Shown piece by piece: positions 9,737 through 17,624 of a DNA stretch of 17,624 nt. The notes below the pieces were generated by a model that was not told the origin of the DNA, ran no database searches, and saw only the letters and a program-made list of their open reading frames with translations. How positions within the stretch are numbered: the stretch's first letter is position 1; every line of letters starts with the position of its first letter. The stretch covers positions 1 through 17,624 of the forward strand of contig CAXIUT010000238.1 of NCBI GenBank assembly GCA_964035545.1, written 5' to 3'. Origin of the DNA: Bugula neritina (Eukaryota > Animalia > Bryozoa). The position numbers were made by a program, and so were the translations under genes.

Positions 9737-10462
9737 ATGCTTCGTGTTTTAACCCGTCGTACTTCATCTCTGTTGACTCGTCCTTCTCAACCTTTTTGTA
9801 TTGGTGGTTTTGCTCCTGCTGATCCTCGTAAACATATAACTATGCAACATAACATCCACAACATGTATCTGGACCTCTATGAATACGGATAATATCCTGA
9901 TTGGGTCCATGTTTGTAGTGTATCTCCAAGAACCTATGAAAACCAAGTTATTGACATCATTGCTCAAAGCCTCAATGAAAAATATGTACTTTTTAATATC
10001 ATGCAGGGAACAAATATCAACTCAGAATTTATTAATTCTAAAAGATCAAGAAGTTGGAGTAAATTTTTAGCTAAAGATCTTAAAATTACGCAAGAATTTC
10101 ATTAAATCTATCCCTCACTTATTGGTAAACTAGCCTATGGAATATTTGTCAAAGAAAGTCGACTTACTTGGATAGTTGAACAACGAGCTCGTTTCTAGAT
10201 GAGTCTGAGTTCAATGGATGCCTAGACTCCACTAACTGTTGGAGATTTTATTGATCAATACAATTCCAATATTGAAACTTGTGTCTTGGCATCGAATTTT
10301 GGATTTGCGGCTTAGATCGATCAGGAGGATTCGGCTTTATAGAAGCATTAGGCTCAGCAAAGTGGATTGGCTGCTAATGGATCTCCAGGAATAGATGATT
10401 TGAAAAATTTGAGCAAAGAGAACGATAATTTCATCAACAGATTGATGGCTTTCCTTCATTGA
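9737..10462 (+). CDS. Mitochondrion-targeted protein of unknown function (241 aa, or 234 aa if 9986-10006 is spliced)
   Basis: Arg/Ser/Leu-rich, acid-free presequence MLRVLTRRTSSLLTRPSQPF, and an open frame to TGA at 10460-10462. GTACTTTTTAATATCATGCAG is a likely in-frame 21-nt intron. Confidence 0.75.
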
Positions 10463-10628
10463 AATCATAAATACATAAATTATTCTATAAAACAATATAT
10501 CTAGAGCTATTTATTGATTGCTAAAACAAACAGAACAATGAAAAAGTACAATATTATGCAAAATAACAGGTTATTAAAGGATATATTTGTATAATTAATA
10601 TGTTTTAGATGATATAAAGAATATTTGA

Positions 10629-11860
10629 TCATGATTATTTGCAAGCCTCTGGATCAGAAACTCTTCTTTATAATTAAGCCATATTAGCAAGTATATTATT
10701 ATGCATTTAATTAACTCCTGGAATAATGATGCTAAGTTCTTTCCAGAGAGGAAGTACAAATCCTCTGCAGAATCCGATTTGTCCTCCATAGAAAGTTTTA
10801 AGATCTTTATATTTATAAAAAACAGTAACATCTAATCCAGTATTTTTTTATCTAGTGGCAACCTACTAAAACTAGAAATTGACCAAAGAACTCCAATTCA
10901 TATAATTATTAAAGTCCAAACACGGATTGCCGATATCGCATCCATGGAATACTTATTCCATCAAAAACTATATAAATAAATAATTACCAAAACCCCCTTT
11001 CCATTAAATTTCTGAGCTTTGTGCATTATTTTCAAATGCTATAGATCTTTGAAGTGGGTGCTTACGTCGGTGGACAGTACCATTCTTGTTATTAGATGTC
11101 TTATATAGGCGGAGTCGAGAGATGTGTAGTTATTGAGGAAGTTGATGTTTTTGTCTTTTTTTAGGAGATTCCAGAATTAGTATAAATGCATTTTTTACAT
11201 TACTGCCATATTGCTACCCTATACTGCTAGTTGACTTTTGCTTTTAACTTCAAATGCATTTGTTGTTCCTGGATGTCTCAAATCATGCACCAAGGCTGAT
11301 ATAAATATATAAAACCACTATTTTTAATTTAGTTTTGTTTGCAGTTCAGGGCAGCGATTGTATGTCTGGAAAAGAAGCTATATTAAATAAAGATGTACCA
11401 GTAGCAATGAAAATGCGTGACTGAAATTGTGATAGGCAATAATATTGTAATTATCTGCTATTGTTTCTAGCAATTGGTCGATATTGAATGAATTTGCGAT
11501 GGTTTGGCGTTCGCTGTTGGCAGTGAGTATCAATTTAGAGAAATTTATTAGCTAAGAAATTGTGTATGATAGAACGGGGAAATCTAATTTGTTGAGATCC
11601 TATAAATCGACTATAGGTTTAGGAGGGGGAAAGTTTTGTAATCTGAAGCAGGATAGGGGAGGTAGGCTATCTTGGAGGTTATACCTGTTTTTGAAGGCTT
11701 GAACATCAGTGATGGATTTGTTGTGTTTTTATAGTTTAGACCATCTTGAACTTGGAGCTTTTTTGATGTGGGAGATCAGGACGAAGGAATCTTAGGGGAT
11801 GAGGTTGCCGTTGTTGGCTGATTTGCGGGATGGTTTGGGTTTATCGATGATCATACTCAT
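10629..11860 (-). CDS. Class I 3',5'-cyclic nucleotide phosphodiesterase (PDEase_I), 396 aa, catalytic domain only
   Basis: Motifs IAYHNFSHAF, SALVHDLRHPGTTNAF, AVMEKMH, MVLSTDVSTHF, FHGCDIGNP, NWSSLVNFEF and GQIGFCRGFVLPLW. Introns are 11378-11398 (21 nt; removal restores normal His-to-HD spacing) and 10968-10987 (20 nt, frame-restoring). Stop is TGA at 10629-10631. Confidence 0.93.
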
Positions 11861-12169
11861 TGCTTCTATTATTTATATATTTAGAAAAACGGAAAATAAC
11901 AAGAAATAAATAGTAAGTACTTGATCTTAAGCAACCACGCTTTTAATATTTTATTTTTGGTACTAATAGAGATAAAAGGTTATTTATTTTATGTTTATAA
12001 ATGAATAATTAATTTTTCTGATAAGATGAAACAAAAGTATAATAAAATCATAAAAATAAACAAAATGATATAATTTGAATATAAACTTTTGTGTTAGTCT
12101 TGAGTTGGTATTCAGAAAGAGTAATAGAACATTAATTATTGTATCACTATTTTAAATAATAAACAGAGA
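11861..12169. promoter_or_regulatory. Divergent AT-rich intergenic region, presumed bidirectional promoter (PDE / ART-TPR)
   Basis: 309 nt of very AT-rich sequence between two head-to-head ATGs. No specific element was identified. Confidence 0.4.
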
Positions 12170-15100
12170 ATGAACAAGTCTTAGTAGACTGATATCAGTT
12201 CAACTGAGTATACTTATACTGTAACTCGAGCCAAACCTAAAAGATATAGCTAATCTAAAGATCTAAAAGACAAACAATTGATTATTATCAACAACTCTAT
12301 GAACAAATAGGCATAGGAATAATAATAACTGTAAGATACTTCAATGGTAAATTTAAGGACAACATCAGGTAAAAAAAAATAAGATTACGTATAGCTACCT
12401 AAAATAAACTTTCAAGCTGCCATGCTAAATGATAAAAATAGAAGACCATCATAAGTGAACATCAAACTGCCACTAATTTATGAAGATTAAGACGATTCTA
12501 ACAATAATGGAACTAATGCTGTTCCATCTGATGAAGTATAAAGCGATTACCTTGATGAAATAGAATAACAGAAAGGTTAGTGGAATAATTGGAACATACA
12601 GCAGTTAAAAATAGCTACTCCTGCTCGAGATAATTATATCTAGTCGGAATATTCGCTTGTACCTGAATCGATATCTGATAGAAAAAAAAAATAAAGAAAG
12701 ATGTCCAGAGATGTCTAGAAAGAAATGTAGAGAAGATAGAGATAGAGAAATCTATAAATGGTTAGTAACTTTTTATCTGGGAAGGCATCGATGGTGTGGC
12801 TATTTGTGCTGGGAGATGAAATATAGGAAGATGAAATCGCTAAAGTTAAATAGATATATCGATAGTCAATAGATAATGATTATGAAATACCAGTATGTAG
12901 GAGTTATAAAGAAGCATGTCGGTTTTTGAATTTATCCAACTGTTTTTTCAAATTGGTTGTTGATCTTAATATCTCTGAGAAGTTTCTTTAGTAGTCCTAG
13001 AACAACAAGAATATAGCTTCTATTTATATCTATAATCCCTATCAGGTTTAGGGAATTAATCGAGCTTTTTAAATGAAAAGAGGAACAAAAAAAATCAAAG
13101 GGATGTTCAATGATTTACGAGAAGTTACTAAACAGGCTAAAGTATAGCTATAAAATGAGGCTAAATTTGTTAGAGTTGGGTAGGATCTTTAGACATAAAA
13201 AAATAAATTAAGATTTCCTAGTTTTATCACTCTTACTGGAAGCGATAGTACTGATGTAACTAACTATCGATTGTGTTTATTTGGAGCTTTGAAATTAAGA
13301 TAGAAGAATGAGAGATAGGCCTATTTGAAGTAGTTTACAGATATGGTCTAACTTAGATATAAAGATGTAGATAAATAATTGTAACATCTGATAGAATATA
13401 AAAGAATTGATCATCTAGGCTAAAATACAGAATAAAAGATGAGAGAAATCTTATCATTTTACGTGAAGTAAACTTTTTATTATGTTTTAACTAATTCTAT
13501 ACTGAGGTTATCGAGAAGTGCATAAGAATTTAGGCCGTGCACTATTCCTTTCAACTAGACCTACCATGCTATTAAACATTTTTATCTTAGAAGTCAGAAA
13601 TAGGGTAAAATATCAAATAATATGATCGTATATCGAGGAGCTAAATTACGTAACAGTGATGTATCATCTTTATCGATAGGTAGTTTCGTATAGTTGCTTG
13701 GTTTTACTTCAACATCATTGAAAAGATCTGAGGCATAGAAATTTATGGATGGAGATTCTTATTTAATAGAAATACATATATAGGAGGGTAGCAAATCAAG
13801 TAAATAGTCATAGAAATTGTATGATCATGGGTATGTATAGATAAATAGGTATGGGTTGGCATCTAAGGCATTTCAGAAATAGTAGTAGGTTCTTTTTAAT
13901 GCGTTAAATGTGTTTCAGGTGACAGGTTTAGATTTCCATTCTGCTGTTAGAAAAATAACTATGAAATATGGTGCTATTTTACCACTTCTTCGCTCAAAAC
14001 CACAAGAACTTAATCCTCATGATCGATCGGTTATGTAAAACTATCGATATTGTTTATAAACCTTTTAGTAAATATAAGATGACGGTGATGTTCTCATGAT
14101 AGCCCAGTAGCATAACCGATGTGTAGAATATTACCAGGGGAAGGTCGATAGAGGCGATGCAGATTTCAAGATATATGGGAAATTGGCTAATGCTCAGCTA
14201 TAAAGTGGTGATCTTGAGGAGGCTTATACTAATGCATTGAAATCTTTATAGTAATTAGAAGATACTTCCCAAAGTAGTTAAGAAATAAAGAAGACAGTGA
14301 ATCAACTTAAAAAGAATTCTAATATATTTGACTTCAAAGAAGATTATGTGCATTATTATCATAGTATTGATTCATGTGTACAATTGTTGAAGTAGCAGGA
14401 TTGGTTTTAGAGTGCAAAATTATATAAATAAAAGGCATAGAAGAAATTAAAAATATGTGATTTTGAAGGTTGTTAGCTAGATTTACAATCAAGTCGGAAA
14501 GTTATATAGGAGTATGCTGATTCATTTGAAATAAGACGTAAAAAAATATAAAAAAGATATTATTTAAGATCTTTATGTTGCGGATGTGTTAGAAATGCTC
14601 ATTAGATGTAGTAGCAAAAATAATTTTAGTTGATTAAAGTTTAAGAGGAATAGATTTAGTTTTAAAGAAGAAAGGAGGAAGTGCATTAACTTTATATATA
14701 GATATAAAATATTACTAGAGAATTAGCTGAATAAATTGGTAATAAAAAAATGTATAGTGATAGTTTGTAAGCCAGTCAAAAACATTTCGGACAGATGGAA
14801 AAGCAATCATTGCTTAATCCGATTGTTTAGGCTAAATTTGTTGCAATATAAGCTAGTACTTTTGACAAACATGATAATTTACCACAATTTTAGGTGAAAA
14901 TGGAATAGGCAATAAAAAAAGTTAAAAAACATGATCCTTTTCATAAAGATATTGGACAGTATTGCAACGTACTGGGCACCGAACGTCATGTGGCAATTAA
15001 AAGAAAGTTATTACTAACCCCTTTGAAAAATTATTAATCATATCAAGATATAAATTCAGAAGATAATGCTCCTATCATATAAACCGAAAAAAGACCAGCA

Positions 15101-16330
15101 TAGAAGTATAACTATGAAGAGCATGAGAAGTTGAGAGTGAAGAGTAAAGATGCATTGACTTAGGCTGCATAGAATATCGCATATAATAAAGGAAAGTAGA
15201 GTCCAGATTATTTATCAGTTAGAAATAAAATAGGATAACTTGATCTTGAAACTTCTAGGTTGTCAGAATCATAAAAATTGGTTAAGTAAACTTTGCAGTT
15301 CAAGATGGTTCGTTTTCATTCATAAGGTGCCAAATGCTATCTTTTGCTAACTAAAATATCACTTGCCAAGGGAGAGTTAAAGGTATCTTTTGTTAATTTG
15401 GAACATGCTTTCTAGATATTGAGAAATACTCTTTTGAAAGTTGATAATAGTCAATACAATTCGATTTTGTTGAACAATCCCTTATATATTGACATAAACC
15501 TCCACAAAGCTAAAATATTCAACCGTCAGTTGAAACACGACCTCGCTTTGAAATAGCTAAAAGTTCTCAATAAAATAGCATAGATACGACGAGATAGACA
15601 CCACAATAGTACGATACTAGCCTCTGTTCTTGAATAGTAGGCACAGATATAACTTTGTACTGGCTAGACTGACACTTTCGAATAAAAGTTGTTATAGGCA
15701 ATACAAATAAGATAGATTTAGATGGGAAAATACAATATTCCTAATGCTATAGCATATTCTAATCTTTTCAAATTTATGTTGAATCTTCAGGACAAAGAAA
15801 TGGCAATGGAATATCATTTGAAGGCTACATAGATATTTTCTCGTTTTCCGGCTGATCATCCTAACTTCTGGGTCATTCATCTTTCCAATGCTCTAGTCTA
15901 TTTGAATGAATAACAATATCATAGATGTCTATAGTAGTTATAAAACTGTTTGAAGGTCACTCACTATCGATATAGTTTGAACCATATCATTACCCTAAAG
16001 ATAAACTTGCAATTTGCCCAGATGTTGCGAAAGATGTAGAAAACAGAGCGAGCAATATCGGTGCTTCAATAGTTAGAGGGCACAGTGCTTAGATATCTAA
16101 AATAGAAATAAGAAAACGGGTAGAAATTATAACGAGAAACAGATGACTAGAAATATCCATTATTAAAAAACGTATACAAGCAGTTGAAAGATATCCATCA
16201 GGTGGATGAGAATTAACCTGGCAGTCGGACATAGAATAATTTATTGGAGATGCAAAAATATGAGAAGCAGTTGAAAGATATGTAGGGGATGTTGAGAGGT
16301 AGTAATGTGAATGAAATATAGAGAGGTTGA
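12170..16330 (+). CDS. Large mono-ADP-ribosyltransferase (R-S-E / ARTC class) with C-terminal TPR-like repeats, 1386 aa, intronless
   Basis: A 4161-nt frame with no internal TGA. ART motifs are ILSFYVKETFYYVLTNSILR, MIVYRGAKL (R489, 13634), GFTSTSLKRSEAEKF (S514-T-S516, 13709-13717), YLIEIHI and FQKEEEVLFNALNVFQV (E571-x-E573, 13880-13888). Downstream helical repeats include IYGKLANAQLESGDLEEAYTNALKSL and AIAYSNLFKFMLNLQDKEMAMEYHLKATEIFSRFPADHPN. Confidence 0.88.
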
Positions 16331-16409
16331 TTATATGAATGATTGGGTTATTTATTTTTGAGGCTGATTTGATTGTTATTGATGGAAGTTATAATATTTA
16401 AGTTAGAGG

Positions 16410-16731
16410 ATGTCTCAGGTACATGTTTTTTTAGGTAGGGTGGAGTGTAAAGCAAGAAATAATAATTCAAAAAGTATCTAGAGAAGACGGGAGCTGTAGA
16501 TCAGCTCACTAAAATACTTGTTGACTTATATGAGGAGCCTGAAAAACCAGGAAATGCTGTTGATTTTATCAAAAGGCGGCTGGGAGGGGGAGAGGAAATC
16601 GATGGGGGACGACTGAAGCAGGAATACGAGTCGGCCAAGCAAGAAAACGAGAAGTTGAAGAAGCAGATAAAAGATGTAAAAGATGAGGTATATAATAAGT
16701 GATGTAGATTGAGAAAAGGAAGAATTTGTGA
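16410..16731 (+). CDS. MYCBP: c-Myc-binding protein homologue (MYCBP/AMY-1; FAP174-like ciliary protein), 93 aa
   Basis: ESKKEEFKKYLEKTGAVDQLTKILVDLYEEPEKPGNAVDFIKRRLG matches the family pattern SKREQFRRYLEKSGVLDTLTKVLVALYEEPEKP. Predicted 20-nt introns are 16419-16438 and 16688-16707. If the second is retained the stop is at 16700-16702. Confidence 0.92.
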
Positions 16732-16950
16732 CAGTGATGTTATCCCATCAAACATAGCTAATTAATTCAATATAAAATAACTATAATATTTATATCATTC
16801 ATCTCCAATATTTATAGAAGAAATAGTGATTATATGGGGTAAAGATCTTCTATGGATAGATGGCTATGATAGAATATTATTTGAATGGTGATAAATTACT
16901 TAAAATGGGGTGATTATTTAGTTATTTTATTTAATACATCATTTTAGGGA

Positions 16951-17499
16951 TCATGGTTATTGGTTTTTTTATAAACTGAAAATGTTGTCATTGGTTGATA
17001 CTAGACTTGCTAATTTGGGTATTGATAGAGGTTATAAGGAATTTTGTCTTATTGAAAATGAACCCAGTAAATCCTAATTATAAATATTTTAGTTCTAAAA
17101 CTATTTATTGAGACCTCGATTTTATTCTGGTATTTATTATGTTTGATTTTATTATGGTTTATTCATTATTTATTCTTACTATTGTATTACATTTAATTCA
17201 GTTTTTTTATTTTATTTTATCTATTGATTGATTTTATTTTGTTAGAAATTGATACTTTAACTTGTTTTTTAATTTAATTTTTTATTCATAGCTTAGTACT
17301 ATTATAAAAACGACAGCTATTGTAATTTTTTATGATCTTTTGCTTTCTTTATAGGATTAAGTATTTAACTATTCTAATTTTTTGCACCTGCATTTTGAAT
17401 TTAATTCTAATCGATGGTTACTATTTAACCATAATTATTCATTTTTCTTTTATATATTTTATCATCTTTCAAAGGAGAATGAACTCTCTTCAAATTCAT
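16951..17499 (-). CDS. Low-complexity E/N/K-rich ORF, 182 aa, probably a 5'-truncated gene abutting the right telomere
   Basis: Open frame MNLKRVHSPLKDDKIYKRKMNNYGEIVTIDENE... to TGA at 16951. The ATG is only 8 nt from the telomere and the frame stays open up to the repeat. The 3' end is uncertain. Confidence 0.45.
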
Positions 17500-17507
17500 C
17501 TTATTTA

Positions 17508-17624
17508 GGGGTTGGGGTTGGGTTGGGGTTGGGGTTGGGGTTGGGGTTGGGGTTGGGGTTGGGGTTGGGGTTGGGGGTTGGGGTTGGGGTTGGGGTTGGG
17601 GTTGGGGTTGGGGTTGGGGTTGGG
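17508..17624. repeat. Right telomere, (TTGGGG)n
   Basis: Tandem T2G4 repeats to the end of the window, G-rich strand 3', complementary in orientation to the left telomere. There is one G5 variant. Confidence 0.99.

Noticed and set aside
145-16731. Standard ciliate code (table 6, TAR=Gln) or Blastocrithidia-type code (table 31)
   Set aside because: TAR sits at conserved Glu rather than Gln positions. TGA is used only as a stop and Trp is TGG, and the telomeres are ciliate C4A2.
2171-16731. Apparent microtubule/cilia gene cluster (GCP2, Jupiter/SPIRAL1-like, MYCBP)
   Set aside because: The genes are non-adjacent and interleaved with unrelated ones. Such genes are common in ciliates, so co-occurrence is expected by chance.
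1238-16755. Remaining short ORFs of the supplied track (e.g. 1238-1426, 1645-1896, 2308-2559, 3328-3510, 3722-3928, 7213-7595, 8052-8234, 9764-10070, 10595-10831, 12657-12872, 15692-15880, 16501-16755)
   Set aside because: They are antisense or out-of-frame overlaps of better supported code-30 genes or of the tRNA.
17571-17580. Single G5 variant in the right telomere
   Set aside because: One homopolymer-length variant is most simply a sequencing error or telomerase stutter.
1-17624. Linear plasmid, virus or telomere-bearing transposon
   Set aside because: No transposase, polymerase, capsid gene or long terminal inverted repeat was seen. The content is intron-containing housekeeping genes.

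Overview
This is a complete, telomere-to-telomere ciliate macronuclear minichromosome of 17.6 kb, with (C4A2)n at the left end and (T2G4)n at the right. The supplied ORF track is mostly misleading because TAA and TAG are sense codons here. They fall at conserved glutamate positions in five recognisable protein families, and TGA is the only stop. That is the peritrich nuclear code (NCBI table 30), so the source is most likely a peritrich ciliate. Retranslated by hand, the molecule is tightly packed with about 13 protein genes and one tRNA-Gly(GCC), and its introns are GTA..AG and 20-21 nt long. Recognisable genes are tyrosine aminotransferase, gamma-tubulin complex component 2, a Jupiter/HN1/SPIRAL1-type microtubule protein, a divergent Cdt1-like licensing factor, a class I cyclic-nucleotide phosphodiesterase and MYCBP/FAP174. 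Two genes stand out. One is an intronless 1386-aa protein with a receiver-like alpha/beta segment, an intact R-STS-ExE toxin-type mono-ADP-ribosyltransferase domain and a long TPR-like solenoid. The other is a secreted protein built from Trp/His/Glu-rich WxxxWxxxW repeats, a candidate adhesive, stalk or metal-binding material. All family calls come from manual motif recognition, not database searches.
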